From the human T2T-CHM13v2.0 reference genome, Homo sapiens, in assembly GCF_009914755.1 (NCBI RefSeq), contig NC_060938.1: 64,000 nucleotides of DNA; one strand, written 5' to 3'. Shown here piece after piece: positions 43,047 to 57,857 of the stretch (the first letter of the stretch is position 1; each line of letters starts with the position of its first letter). The notes under the pieces are model-generated. The model did no database searches, was not told the origin of the DNA, and saw only the letters and a program-made list of their open reading frames with translations. Both the position numbers and the translations under genes were made by a program.

Positions 43047-43410
43047 TGTAGTGGACAGAATCTAAGGTTGCCCTCTTGGTCCCTGACTCCTGGTGTTCCT
43101 GTCCTTACATAACTCTCTCCCCTAGAGCATGGGTGGGAAATATGACTTACTTCTAAGCTCTAGCGTATGCAAAGGGGATGAGATATATGTGATTACGTAT
43201 ACATGGTTACACGATTGTGTAACATAAGATGAAGTGCCGTCTTGCTGGAGTCTCTCACCCTCTTGTTGACTATGAAGATGGAAGTTGCCATGTGATGGTC
43301 TGCCTATGTTGGGAGACCCGCAGAGGAAAGAACTGAGAGAGCCTACAAGCTGATGGTGGCCTCTGTCCAACAGTCAGCAAGAAACAAAGCCCTCAGTCCT
43401 GCAGCTGCCA
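43047..43410 (+). mobile_element. MaLR LTR 5' part, MLT1E-like
   Basis: TGTAGTGGACAGAATCTAAGGTTGCCC..CAGCAAGAAACAAAGCCCTCAGTCCTGCAGCTGC. Confidence 0.75.
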
Positions 43411-45666
43411 TCTTCGACTCTGCGTTCCATTTAACATGAGTGGAACTGATATTTTTATAAAATAAGAACTGAAATACATGTTTCTGTGTAAATCTCCTCT
43501 TATAAATAAAATGAAGTAGTGGAAGGATATTCGAAGGTAGTGGTGCAAAAAAGTGGTGCCAATATGAAAGGACAAATTGTAAGGGAACAGAAATCTCTTT
43601 CAGTGGATAAAAGAATAATACAATTATAAATGTGATCAATTAACAGATTAAGCTGATAATGGAATAATATGCAAGAGGGTACTAATAGTAAAATTAGGAT
43701 TGTACCCCATCATTACATGGACCCAAACTAACTCTATCAATGTGCTTCAGGATGAGAATTCTGCCATCTTCCGTCTGCCTTGCTTATTTAGGAACCAATT
43801 TAACTCAGTCTAGTGTTAGGCATTGGAGATTGAGGTTTGGAAATAAGTTGTTGGTGTTCTATAGCCAAGGGCTAAATCTTTTGAAATTTTTTGGATGCCA
43901 GCAATGCTATTGCATGGTTGGCTCTTTAAATACTACCTGTGGAGGCCAGTTTGCTTGACTTTATTGGGCCTGGGTCTGTGGAGTAACTGGGGCTTCATAA
44001 CTCTATTCTGTGTCTCTAACACCTGCTTTTGAAGAGTGCAGAAAAGTGTAGATCTCCCTGTTCTAAACTTCAGTTGGAAAACCAGTGTGCCTGTTTACTT
44101 TTCTCTTTATTTTAACCCTTGCTAAGGGTTCCATGGCTGCTGGTCACCCTGATTGATGCCATCCTATAATTGGAATGACTTTTTAATACCTATATAGAAT
44201 TGGTTTCTAGTACCCCTCCACCACCCTAGTTCTTCCTCAGTTTTATAGTAGCTTCTCCCCAGAAGTCTGCTTTCTCTGTCTTAGATCATGTTCCTTTTTC
44301 TTCCATATATCTTGTAGCCAGTGCTGTGTGGTATGTTCTTTCTTCAGCATGGAATTCAGTATGAGGGACACATCTTTTGGATCATCAAAATGCAATGAAG
44401 GACTTATAACAAATGTTTTATTTTATGGAGACTTTTTTGCCCCTTGGATTATGAATCCAGTGATTGAAATGTGAAAATCAATGAACCTTGCACTTGAAAT
44501 AATATATGCTCTAATAACTTTCCCAAATAAATTTAAACTGGTTCCTCTGAAAGTATTCTTATACTATAGTATTTTCCTCTTAAAACCTTTAATAATTACA
44601 CATAGCCTATTGCTGAAATAGGATGTAAACTTTGTATCTAATGTTTTGCTTCTGTTATTTTCTGGAATGCTCTTTCCCCATTCTTATGGCTCCCCAAAAC
44701 ATACACATATAGACTTTCTCCCTCTCTTCTGTTTCCTGAGGTGCCACCCATTCCTTAAGTCCTGTTTCATTTTCCAATTTCACCATGAAGCCTTTCCTGA
44801 TTTACTTAAGTACATATTCTATTTTTCTTCCAGCCTTCATATCTTGCTTTATTCCTCTGTTATGGTATTTCTCTTAATCTTTCCTTAAATTTTTTGTGTC
44901 TTTTCTTCTTTATTAGATCATAGGTTATCTGAAGGCAGGGGTTGAGCTGTTATGATGTGTTTATGTTACTTAAGATCTAGATCAATAATAGCTAGTTAGT
45001 CAATAGATGTGTATGGGGTTAAAACAAATTAACCCCCTTTAGCCATGGATGAGGCCCTCCCAACAATGAGCTAATGTTATCTTAAAAAGGAGATTTCCAT
45101 TACACTTGCTCGTGAAAGACTCTTCTCTTGTACTGTATGTGACAAAATAAGAAGGTAAAGGTAAAATAGTGACTTTTCTATGATGGTAAATTTATTCAAG
45201 TTTACAAAAAGCCTTTTATTTTGTGTTGCTGCTCTTTTGACTTGTTGAAAATTAACATTTCTTCTTTATTGTGGTGGAAAGTGCTTGATTGTTAGAAGAA
45301 TAAAGCTTTAGAATCTCTATGTTAGTCTCTAATTTTTTACTGGTCTGTGAAATCAGAAGTCTTGGGAACTGCTGATCTAGGGTGTTTGTACATTCAATAT
45401 AACCAAACAAAAGTGCTAAGGGATTCTGGTGTAACCATGTATGGAGAAAAGAACAATGGACTAAGATGTAGGAAAACTGGTGCCAGCCCTAACAGATCTT
45501 ACAACTACTTATGTAACATTGGTCTTGGCTTTATGCAATTAAGATGAGTAAAACTGCCTCAGATACCTGTTGAGGTAAATGTGAGACCCAATAAATAATC
45601 AGGTTGTGAAATGTTTTTGTTTCTATTATAGTTTAAAAGCAAGGGATTGTGTAGTGCTAGTTATTG

Positions 45667-45672
<6 letters not shown>

Positions 45673-45702
<30 letters not shown>
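45673..45702. repeat. (TG)15 microsatellite
   Basis: Read directly. Confidence 0.97.
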
Positions 45703-45704
<2 letters not shown>

Positions 45705-46225
45705 TTTAGTTTCAACAGTATTTCCTCTAGAGACCTTTATTCATAACCAGAAACAAGTCCATGATTTTCTGTCCTTTGAATTACAAATTATTCTTCACCC
45801 TTCTAGTGACATTGATTTGATTATATATTGTAAACTGTCCAGCAGGATTTTTATTGTCAGTTTAAAATGAAATAATAGTTTAAACATCAGAATGCCAGTG
45901 GTAGATATTTGTATAAGTGATTCTAGCTGAAATGATACACGGACACCATTTGTATTTTGGGAGGCTCTAGTCATGTAAGAAGTGAACTTTAAGTCTGAAG
46001 CATACTTATGCAGATATTCTATACGAAGGGTTATTTCTGCAATGCAAAATTGTCTTTTACTTTGCATGAACAAAACCAAGACAAATGGAACTGATTGCAT
46101 TAATTCACTAAGTGACTACACATCTGCTGTGCGTAAAGGTATGTTGCCAAAATATTGAATTGCAGGACTATTTGTAAAATCTGAGAGTAGAGTAGGGTTA
46201 GACCTAGAAGGGTAAAATTGGCCAC

Positions 46226-46572
46226 TATATTAGTCCAGTTTCATGCTGCTGGTAAAGACATACCTGATACTGGGAAGTAAAAGAGGTTTGATGGACTTAA
46301 CAGTTCCACATGGCTGGGAGGCCTCACAATCATGGTTGAAGGCAAGGAGGAGGAAGTCACGTCTTACATGGATGCTGACAGGCAAAGAGAGAGAGCTTGT
46401 GCAGGGGAACTCCTCTTTATAAACCATCAGATTTCATAGGAGTTACTCACTATCACAAGAACAGCACCAGAAAGACCTGCCCCCATGATTCAATTACCTC
46501 CCACCAGGTCCCTCCCATAACAGATGGGAATTCAAGATGAGATTTGGGTGGGGACACAGCCAAACCATATCA
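46226..46572 (-). mobile_element. THE1 (B-like) solo LTR
   Basis: TATTAGTCCAGTTTCATGCTGCTGGTAAAGACATACC...CAGCCAAACCATATCA; perfect 5-bp TSD GCCAC at 46221-46225 and 46573-46577. Confidence 0.95.
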
Positions 46573-48247
46573 GCCACTTATTCCCCTCTTGTGTGTCATT
46601 GTCATTAAAAAATGATATTACACAGGCCACACATACTATTTTAAAGTTGAGAAACTTTTGTCTTTTGCCCTGTCTTCCCTTAATGCCTTCATGTAGTTTC
46701 CTACAAGCAATAGGTATTTCCATTTTTTTTTACCTCTCAGGCCCAGTGGCCTCTGCTACTCTCTGGCTTTGTACAGACTGCTAATGAGATACCACCACTG
46801 TCTTCCCTCCCAGGAAGTTAGTGTTACAGGCTCCTGAGTGAACCTTTTATCTTTTACTTCTTGTCTAACAAAACCATACTTTTTGGGGCTGTTGATCTCA
46901 GGTAGATGTTGGGAATATAGCAGTAAAATAAATTCACACTGAGATGCCACTGCTAATAGCTGATAATGAGGTAGGCATCCCAGGTTTTATTTATAAGACC
47001 AAAAAATGGGCTGGATAATGTTGGACTCACAAGAAAGGGATTTAGATAGGGATCTTTCCTGAAGCCCTTGAAATTATCCCCTGGAGACCAACTTAATCTC
47101 ACATATAATGGGACCTCCCTTTCTAAATTAAAATTTCAATGGGTCACTGCATTATATTCAGAGATACTGTTCTGAATCAAAAGTAAATTTTGTCTGTAGA
47201 GAAGATTTTTAAACTGGAAGGTGAATGCAAATCCAATCTAATCCATCTGAAAAGGCCAAATGAGAGCTCTACCTGAGATTAAAAATGGTTGGCTCTGGTC
47301 CACATCCATTGAAAACAAGTAATAGAAGATCAGTAAATACAACAATGAAATGAAGGACAGGAGAATCCATGGTTTTGGGTGTATGAAGTCCTTAATTATC
47401 ACTTACCAAACACATACTAAACACAGGGTGCCACTAGGGTTTTATAAATGAAACACATGGTTCCTGAACTAAAGAAGCTCACTCTCTAGGGAGTAGATCA
47501 GCAAATAGAACATTATTTTATAAATATGTGATAAATACTCTGTTAGAGGCAAGTCCAAGATATTCTGAGAGCTCAAAGTACCACCTAACATAGACTGGGA
47601 ATGGAAAGACATAGGGCAATATTTTAGAAAGCTTTTATTAGGTAAATTAATTGAGTTTGGAAGACTGAATAAAGATTACAAAGAGGAATTTAAAAAAGAC
47701 CACTCTTACTGTCTTGTTTTCTATCTTAATTTGAAAATAATTAACCCTGAATTAACTCATTTGTGTGTTTTTAAAGTATTTTCTAAGCTCACATGTATAT
47801 TAAAGGATAAAGGTTGAAAAAGCACCTACAGTAAAGGATAAAAAGCTTTTATGTTCCTTTTGAATGCCCAACTGTGTGTGCCTTTTGGTAATTATGGGCT
47901 TAGTTACCATGTGTATATTCCTACCAGTCCCACAAATGGTGGTTAAAGGAGAAGAGCACAGTGAATGCAGCCAGAGACTATTTAAAGTGGTTCAGCATTC
48001 ATTAACTACAAAACCTCTAAATTAAAACAAGTGAGGTAAATTATGATTATGGATTCAAGACACAGGAATGGATGTGCAATACAAATCTATTGGGGGTTTT
48101 CATACTATGGTAATTTGCCAGGGAGTTATAGAAACTCTAGGATAAAATAAATGTATCTCTGGATAATCTATTTTACTGAAAAATTTGGGAATATAGTTAC
48201 TGGTAAAACATAGAGATACACAGCAGTCCATGATGGATTGATGCATA

Positions 48248-48248
<1 letters not shown>

Positions 48249-48300
<52 letters not shown>
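48249..48300. repeat. (CA)26 microsatellite
   Basis: Read directly; uninterrupted. Confidence 0.97.
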
Positions 48301-48302
<2 letters not shown>

Positions 48303-50717
48303 ATTCTTTGGTTTATTTGAGTAGAACAGTTTGAAAAAATGTAACAGACTAAAAAGACACAGAAGAAAATAGCAAAACTATCAAATATTTTATAGTCTTT
48401 ACTGAACTTCATTTTTCTTCATTGTATAAATGTGTTCAAATATGCTATCAGATTCAGAGCACAAATCCTGACTCACAACTCATCTCTCACTCCTTATAAT
48501 TGCTACACTTTAAAGGTCTTTTAGAAAAGAACATTTAACTAACTCCACTCAACTCTCTTTTGGCTGACATTTGCTTTCATTCCCTCTTTGTCATTTTCAG
48601 TCATCACAAAGGCTTCCGGAAAAGGTATGAAAAAAAGAAATACAAAGAAGGACTGTTCAACTGGTGTCAAAGGACTAACTCTTGGCCTAAATTTTTCATT
48701 TTTCAGTGAATTACAACATGTAGGACTTTAACAATGACTCTGAATACATCTGGAGCATTTTAAGGAACAAAATAAAAGTGAGGATTGCCACTTTGTAATC
48801 CCCGATCCAAGAAGCTACATGTTCTTTTAGGCAGATTGATACAAGCTTTAAGTGAGCAAAGGGCTGAAAGCAGAGTATTTTCAGTCACTGAATTATACAT
48901 ATTAAAAATGTGACTTCTGTTGAATGTGAATTATATCTCAATAAATCTGTTATAAAACAGAATATATAACAAAAAATTATGAAACAATAGAATTACATAT
49001 TGCTCTACCTCATAAGAAATTACAAGATGTGTTTATATTTCTTTTTTTTTAGTTTACTATTAATCCTCCTAGGGGGCCTATGAGTTTCGATAGTATGTGC
49101 TATGGATAAAGAAACATGCACAAAATGGTTTACTTGGTATATTGCAACACTACTTAGTTCTATAGACAAGCACATGTTTTGCAAATCACTAGGCTCCATT
49201 TAGAAAACATAATTTCATATTTCATCAATTTCTTTTATTGTTATTCTAATCATAGACTTAAAAAACAGAGCTTCGAGATCTCTTAATTCAATCTTTTTAT
49301 TTTACTTATAAGGACCCTGAAATCCAGAGGAGTTAAACTCCAACATTTCAGCACATGACTAATGGATCTGGGTCTAGATCCTGGGGATAGCCTCAAGTCC
49401 AGCGAATAGGGCACTAGACTGGGAGAAAGAGATCTAAATTTGAGTCTCAGAACTGTGAACTTTCAGAACTTATGAACTTTCCCATTTATAATACTTATGA
49501 ACGTGTTTAATAGTTAAAGCAAAGTTCAAATGTTGGCTGTCGTTATTGATAAATAACTATTGATAAATAACGAACTTCCAAATTTTTTATGGGGAAATTT
49601 AAATTGCCAAAATGATATATGCTTCTCATTGTATTAGTGAAAGATGGATATCAATTTCCCCTAATTTGTTTGAATCCCAGTGCCATCATCTCTTAGCTGA
49701 ATTTTGTTGTAGGGAATGAAGATTTGTCGTTTTCAATCCCTAGTATACTAGCTCTTTTTTTTAGAATTGTCTTTAAATTATAGAGATGAAGTCATGTTAT
49801 AGATGAGCCAAGTCATTATGAGGTCACCTACATACATCTAATCTATTTCATAAAGCACAGCTTTATTTTGAATTTAAATGTTATTAAAAACCATTGGTCC
49901 AGCCTGCATAAATAAAAGTCTTAGACCTTTACCTTGGAAAGGATAACTTATTGGTCTAAAGCCTCATTGACACAATGACACTTATTCTGCCAGTTTGTGC
50001 ACTGCATACTACATCAGCATAAGGAGAAAATTATTAACATTTATATTACCATGCCATGAAAGAAAGCAAGCAGCTTAGTTTTCCCTGAAAATAAAATCAG
50101 TGTGAATTTTATTTGAAAGATTGGACTGAACTTCACTAATAGAGCTACTTTATGATGAAGATACATCCAAGTCTTAAAAGAAACATCTGTCCATAATCTG
50201 TAAACTTACACAGGGTTGTCCTTCAGAAGTATGTGAAAGAAGACTAAGTATATGATGACTTGCAGTGTATTAGATGCTAGCATGTTTCTGGGATGATGTA
50301 AGAGGTATGAAGGCTAATCATTTCATTCTGGAGTGTTCCCTTGGAGGGTTAGGAGTGTTAGCAGGGCAGTGTCATTTTCAAGTGGTGTGCATGTGTGTGT
50401 ATTCTCAAATGCTCAATGAAACGTTTGTGTGTGTGTATGTGTACACAGATATTTCATTGAACATTAAACATGTTAATTAAGCAGTAAAAATGTTAATACT
50501 AAACATTCACATTAAACACATGAAAGCACAAAACCTTCTAATAAAATTATAACTATAAGTAGCCTCTTATTTATGCATGTCCTAGTATTTCAGAAACCTT
50601 CACAATTTTCATAAATGAATGATAATAGTGGATGTTTACTGAATATACCAAAAAAGTTAGATATCAAACACTTTTAATGGAGGATATTGCCATCAATTGT
50701 TTTGACTAGTTTAAAAC

Positions 50718-51882
50718 TTTTTATTTATTTATTTTTTTTATTATACTTTAAGTTTTAGGGTACATGTGCACAACGTGCAGGTTTGTTACATATATATACA
50801 TGTGCCATGTTGGTGTGCTGCACACATTAACTTGTCATTTAACATTAGGTATATCTCCTAATGCTATCCCTCCCCACTCCCCCCACCCCACAACAGGCCC
50901 TGGTGTGTGATGTTCGCCTTCCTGTGTCCATGTGTTCTCATTGTTCAATTCCCACCTATGAGAGAGAACATGCGGTGTTTGGTTTTTTGTCCTTGCGATA
51001 GTTTGCTGAGAATGATGGTTTCCAGCTTCATCCATGTCCCTACAAAGGACATGAACTCATCATTTTTTATGGCTGCATAGTATTCCATGGTGTATATGTG
51101 CCACATTTTCTTAATCCAGTCTATCATAGTTGGACATTTGGGTTGGTTCCAAGTCTTTGCTATTGTGAATAGTGCCGCAATAAACATACATGTGCATGTG
51201 TCTTTATAGCAGCATGATTTCTAATCCTTTGGGTATATACCCAGTAATGGGATGGCTGGGTCAAATGGTATTTCTAGTTCTAGATCCCTGAGGAATCGCC
51301 ACACTGACTTCCACAATGGTTGAACTAGTTTACAGTCCCACCAACAGTGTAAAAGTGTTCTTATTTCTCCACATCCTCTCCAGCACCTGTTGTTTCCTGA
51401 CTTTTTAATGATCGCCATTCTAACTGGTGTGAGATGGTATCTCATTTTGGTTTTGATTTGCATTTCTCTGATGGCCAGTGATGATGAGCATTTTTTCATG
51501 TGTCTTTTGACTGCATAAATGTCTTCTTTTGAGAAGTGTCTGTTCATATCCTTTGCCCACTTTTTGATGGGGTTGTTTGTTTTTTTCTTGTAAATTTGTT
51601 TGAGTTCATTGTAGATTCTGGATATTAGCCCTTTGTCAGATGAGTAGATTGCAAAAATTTTCTCCCATTCTGTAGGTTTCCTGTTCACTCTGATGGTAGT
51701 TTCTTTTGCTGTGCAGAAGCTCTTTAGTTTAATTAGATCCCATTTGTCAATTTTGGCTTTTGTTGCCATAGCTTTTAGTGTTTTAGACATGAAGTCCTTG
51801 CCCATGCCTATGTACTGAATGGTATTGCCTAGGTTTTCTTCTAGGGTTTTTATGGTTTTAGGTCTAACATTTAAGTCTTTAA
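50718..51882 (-). mobile_element. 5'-truncated young L1PA (about PA3-PA5)
   Basis: ORF2 C-terminal fragments 51221-51805 ([17 protein letters not shown]) and 50945-51187; canonical 3' UTR with T-rich tail. Confidence 0.97.
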
Positions 51883-54800
51883 ACAGCTGCTTGAGTCATT
51901 GATTTTGGAATTGATCATATTGGCCAATTTTCTTCATATAGCATTGCTATCAATAAATATTGATAAACTCATGTAGATTTGCTTTAGTCATAATTCATTG
52001 CCTCTGTTTTTCTTTAGTTTCAGTTCTTTATTTGTTGCTGTTATTTTATTTTGTTTTCTTGTCTCACCCTTCTTTGTATTGACATTCTAGTATTGTTTAC
52101 AATGGCTTTCCCTCTTGAAATATTTCACTAACGTGGCTCCTTAGGGCATATTTATTTCTTCTAGTTTCTCTTGTTTCAAACGTCATCTGAGTTGTGTTCA
52201 ATTAAATCAGTATGGTTAGCTGATTCTCTCAATACTCTTTATTGTCATGAAACTAATGTTTGATTCTAGAGTTTTTAACTTACACTTCTATTTTATTTTC
52301 CTCTCACACACACACAGAGAAACAATCTCTTCAATGCTCACGTGTTGAATGAGTATATACTGAGAGAAGGGTTTCCTTGGAAACACTAAATATGGAAAGC
52401 CTTCATATCAATTGGTAGATTGACATCTGTTTCCCTGTAGAAGTCATCAGTTTATTTCAGAGCACTATGTACATTGATAATAATACAATGCACAAAAAAA
52501 TCAGAATTGCTTCACTGAATACAGTAATGAGTAAGAGAAAATGTAACGTTTCTATTCACAGAATAAAGCATTTGTTTTGAAACCTTAAGAATTTTACACT
52601 GGAGTTTGAGATTTTCCTTGGTCATTTCATTTCATAAGGGATTTGCATTCATTTAGATAGATTTGATGACATAAAATTAATTCCCATTTTTGTTTCATCA
52701 TTATTAACTAATATAAAATAATATAATGTTTGCTGATGCTTTAAAAAAATTGGGTTCTCATTGGACCCAAGTACAGTTATAATTCATGCTTATGCAAAGA
52801 TATATTAAGCTTCTTGAGTGCTTGTGAATATGATAGATTAAAAATCAATGTAAAATTATCCATTTTTATGTACTTCATAGAGGATACATATGATACACAT
52901 GATATTAGCAAACAAGATAGACTCCCTCATGTTTGTAATAACATTTTCATAGACTTTTCAACTTAATTTCTTGGATTTATCCAATTGTAACTTTTCTCCC
53001 TTTTCCATCTTTATTATAAACTATTGCCTAGGTTCCATCTTTTGACTAATTTGATAAAAGAGAGTGTCTCCCTGATACAATAAATGTGTAGATTTAGAAA
53101 TATTTTAAAATGCCAAACAAGTAAGATGGTTGTCTATACATTGTTAAATAATCAATAAATATATAATTTTAATAAACACCTAACCAATTAATGAACAGAG
53201 AACATTATAAAAAAACTGTTATCAATCTAATCTCTATACTCATGTTTCACTGGTTTAAAGTAGAAGATGGCCAGACCAAAAGGGATATCTAGATTTAAAG
53301 ACTGGTACAAATGATAATGAGGGCTTGGCTCTTGGAATTTAAAAAGTGGAATTTAAATTTAGTGGGTTTGGTCTTTGTGAACCCTTCATTTTGGTAGCTC
53401 TTCATTTTACTGGCCTCTATTAAGAACAGTTGCATTAAGTTTAAATTATGGAGACCTTATAAGGGCATTTCTGCTGAGAAGGATAACTTACTTTTCCGAT
53501 TTATTCCAATATAAATTAATACGAAATATACTTTCTTTATAAGATTCCCCCCTCCAAAAAAAATTGGAGAATATTTTCTTTATTATCCTTCACCAGTTTG
53601 ATACACTGAAGTACACTGTTGTGTGCCAAACCTAGTCAGAACTAAGTAACATGTGCCTTGGGTCCAAAGTTCTCAGTTGCCTCATTAACTAGCTCTGAAA
53701 ATGTCCTTTCGTTCTTGGGGTCCTAGGTGATTTGTGAAGCATACTTTCTAGCCTGCCATATATCTTATTGCCTTAACACTCTTTCATAATATCTCTGCAG
53801 TTGGAAGTGGAACTACTGACTACTATTGCATCAATGTTGAACAATTTCTGGGCAACAGGAGAGGTGGGGTGGTGTGGCACCGAGAGTCTGGGCCTCATGA
53901 GATATGTAGTGGGACAGGGGCCATCTGGCTCACAGGCACATCATAGTACTGCATGTTCTTACTATTAAATGCAAGAGTCCCTAAACTACTGCATATACAC
54001 CCCAGGCAGGATCTGGGTCATACCCGACATTTCTGTGACTCTGTGATGCTGTGCCTCTCTTCCTCTGTTGTCCCTTGTGGAGTTTACCCAAAGTTAGCAG
54101 TACCAGGTGTCTCACAAAACATCAATAAGATGACAATCATTATTACAGACATCATTGAGGTCTCCCCACAAACCTGGAACTTCTCTCTATGTAAAGAGAG
54201 TGAAAGAGCACCACCCCTCTCTACTTTGGAGCTGGTAGCTGAATTCCTTCCCTTCTTTTGTCGCTTAGTCAAATGTTTCTGCTGCTTCTTTACTAGGAGA
54301 GGGCCTGGGACTCCCTCCTGTAATTGTAGCTTTACTTATGATTCAGTAGAATAGCCAGTAAGATTGGGAAAGAGCCCATCACTTGTGGCAGAAGGATGAG
54401 GTGGGGCTTACCAAGCCATCCTGATTCCCTAAGCTCCAATTTGGAGTATCTTTAATTATAGCGTTGCTTAACAATCACATTACCTAATCCACATTAGTTT
54501 TGAGTTAACAGTTTGGTCCAAGTGGAGTGGGACGTTACTTGGCACTGTGGCCTAAGGATGACCCTGGGAAGGAGGTGGCCACTCTTGTTGGGAACCTTCA
54601 CCTAGAGTCCTCCAAGGAGAGAAGGCAGAAAGTGAAAAGGTTAGTAAATCTATGGCCAGAAGGCCTGGCCTCTGGACTTCCAGGACCATGGGCATTTTTA
54701 TGAATGCCATGACAGCTAAAGAATTAGAGGAAAGACTCAGGCAATATACAAAGTCAGCTCTGCATAGAAACCCTTGTCTCAACCCTTCATAACTTGGGTG

Positions 54801-57800
54801 TTCTACACCCAAATGTCCCAGAATCTCCACAGAGATGCCCACATCTTAGAAGCTGTCAGCTGATGTGTGGTCCTATAAGACAGGAATTTGGCAGAGCTGG
54901 CAAACCTTTTGTCTTAACATTCCACTCCTTAAATTACATGTGTTTTCCAATAAGTTTTCCCTAAAATTCCATGGATCATGTGACCCTGATCCTAGTGGTA
55001 GCAGGCTATCTAGGTAGCTTGGTGGTCTCACTCTAACATCAGTCCTTCCTTGTTCTGTACTTACCAGTCCTATCGACTCTTCCAAGAGCTGGCCAGAACA
55101 AATCATCTATTTCATGTTTGAGCAATGGTGACAATACATAGGACTTGGCTTATTTTACTTTTAGTTTTGTTTACTCTTGTACTCTCAAAGAGGCAATGGA
55201 GAAGGCATACATAAAGTATTCTTTAAGAGCATAAAGCCCTAGTGTCTCCTTTTGCTACTCTTGAAGTCTGCACACCCAAATTTGGTGGTCTCTGAAGCTT
55301 GTGCAAAGTGGGACATCTGCCAAGCCACTTGGATTTTCTGCCTTTTTTACTATTTTGGTTCAGAATGGAGTATGTACTATTAGTTTCCACCTATTACCAC
55401 CTAAGGAAATTTAGGTATATTCTTCCAGGCTGTATTTCTTACTGCATTTTTCAGGCCCAATTTTTAGTGCAGCAGGCCCAGCCATGGCCTACCACATATA
55501 ACCATCCTGGACCAGTCTCTGGAAACTGAGTTCAATGGAATTGCTTTTAAAAAAAATTAAAGGCAGTCCCTGAAACTGAAGTTAGTCAGCTTCACCTGGG
55601 GCACCACACCTGGACTATGCTGGAGATGGATGCATTCTTGATAAAATCAGGAATGGAAGAATGCTGGAAGGCCACCAAGCAAGCACTGAAGAGCTCTGCT
55701 TGTGGATGAGGGGTGCTGATGTGTGTGTTTACGTTTTCACTCAGGTTCTGGCCATGACGTTCAGGATGCTTCACTGAATTCTACCCAGACTTCTGGTGCT
55801 TACTTTTTTCTCTAGAGTAGGTAGAAAAACAGTGTCCACTCCTTTTAATTCTAAATTTTAGATGTTCTTAATGCCACTAGAGTCACAGAGAAAGGAAATA
55901 CCTATTCTAATTTTATAAACACACCTTTATTCAGAAGAATGGTTTAGGATGGGTTCCGTGGTCAACATTATTTAAGTTTTACTGGTTAGGCTAGCTTAGT
56001 AAAACACCCAATGCATTAGTAATGTCATAATCCTTAAATTTGCTACATTAAAAGCACATTTTTCTCAATGTGTCATTATTTTCAGTCACATACAATAGGT
56101 GTTTTCTTGCAATACAATTTTTCAATAATACATTAATTTTACATTTTTGCGACCTACTGAAGAATAAAATTTGATATAAATACATATATACACATATAAA
56201 TACACTTTCACGCAAAGCCTACTAGGACTAGACTAAAAGAATAATTAAGGCACAGCAATCTTAAAGGCATTACTTCAGCTTGAAGTTTAATATACTGCAT
56301 TTATTTTCTTACAGTCTGGGCCTAATGGGACTCTACTAATGGAAAACCTTGCGTGTGTTATCTAAGCATATAATTTTGTTTTCTCAACAAATGAAACAGT
56401 GGCCATTAGAAGGTGGGAATAACTAGAAAGAAATAAGGATAGCTTTGCAAAAAAGGGAATGGAAAAGATAGGCTTCCTTTTGGCTGAGATAATAAAATAT
56501 ATAGGTGAGAAGTATTTGCAAAGGGTTTTTGCTTTCTTGTTACTTGCCATCCTCCTACTCCTAGCTATATGTGCTTCTAATTTTTCCTACTGTTTTTTTT
56601 TTCCAGTTGGAAAATTTTGGTTGCTGGGGTAAAAAGATTTCTATTATTGTATGATGGTATTAAAATGGATTATCATAATCCTTTTCTTTAATATATGCAT
56701 CTAGGTGGAAGCAAATAGAAATAAAAGGATTTGTCATTTGTAGAAATCAAATACCTAAAATGACTAATAAGTTTTACTGTTTGCAAACTTGAACTAAAGC
56801 TGAAACCAATTATTATTATTATTTTTCCCTATCCAACAATTCCTTCTTTGTACTTAAAACTTTTTATATTCTGTTTTTATCGGCTGGATTATTCTAAAGA
56901 AATTCTTCATCTCTGAATTGATACTCTTCTTGTGGTTTGCAGTGAAATCAGATTTTCTCTAAGGTGCAGTCATACTCGATGAGCCAATTTAGAGAAGCAA
57001 ATGCTGAGGCCATGAGGACTGAGCACAGACAGGCTGCATTTGTTGTTTTAACCAACTGAAACTCACTTAGGTTTCTTCAGCTTTTAACAATATGCAGTAC
57101 TTTCATGCAAAGTAATTAGATATAAATAGTATGTGCTTTAAGAATATAACTCGATTAGCATTACTTTTAAACAACTAAATCATTTTACAATTAATTCTGT
57201 TTTTCTGTTATCTGGGTCACTTTATATCTAGGAATAATACTATGTTAAAAATAGTGCCTGATTCACTGTACTGCTAATTGACATCCTCCCTCAATCTCTA
57301 TCTTTACTTATCTGTGTCTCTCTGGCCTCCTGTTTTTCTAGTCTCATGTCTTTCTGGTTTTTCTTTCCTTTGAGGCTGTGATCTCTTCTTACTAGCATTC
57401 TCCAACCTCTTCTCTCTGGTGAAGTTCCTGAGTATTGGTCTAGCTGCTCTCAACACTACACTTGGTATATCAAATAGGTATGAAATATGTCCTGTGAGTG
57501 GGCTTAGCACAGTAGAAAAACCAGCTCTGAGGTCAGTTGGCTGTGTTTAGGCAGCCCAAGCGTGCCGGCACAAGTGGTACAATTTGTGGTGAACAAAGCG
57601 AAGGCTCAACAAGGTAGTAAAACCTGAGCTAGATTTAGAGACAGAACAGCCAAGCAGTTCAGGCACCATCAAGAGAAGCTGAAATAACACTGAAATGAAA
57701 CATACTTATTTAAGCCAACTTTCCACACATAACTCCTTACATAACTGGAAAAATGTAAATTGTCTGTGCTCTTGCCAAATTAGACAGTGCCCTTAAATGA

Positions 57801-57857
57801 AAGGAAAAGAATAAAATAAAAGCCCTTTCACAGTGCTGATACATAGGCTAAACCTTA

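Noticed and set aside
43400-43432. AAGATGGCAGC (YY1/start-like, KMAAAG) on the minus strand as a processed pseudogene start
   Set aside because: It runs straight into MLT1E sequence; no continuing coding homology, tail or TSD.
51221-51805. 194-aa ORF
   Set aside because: C-terminal fragment of L1 ORF2 in a truncated element with no promoter.
53953-54354. 133-aa ORF, the longest outside repeats
   Set aside because: No recognisable domain, non-ATG start; this length is expected by chance in 64 kb.
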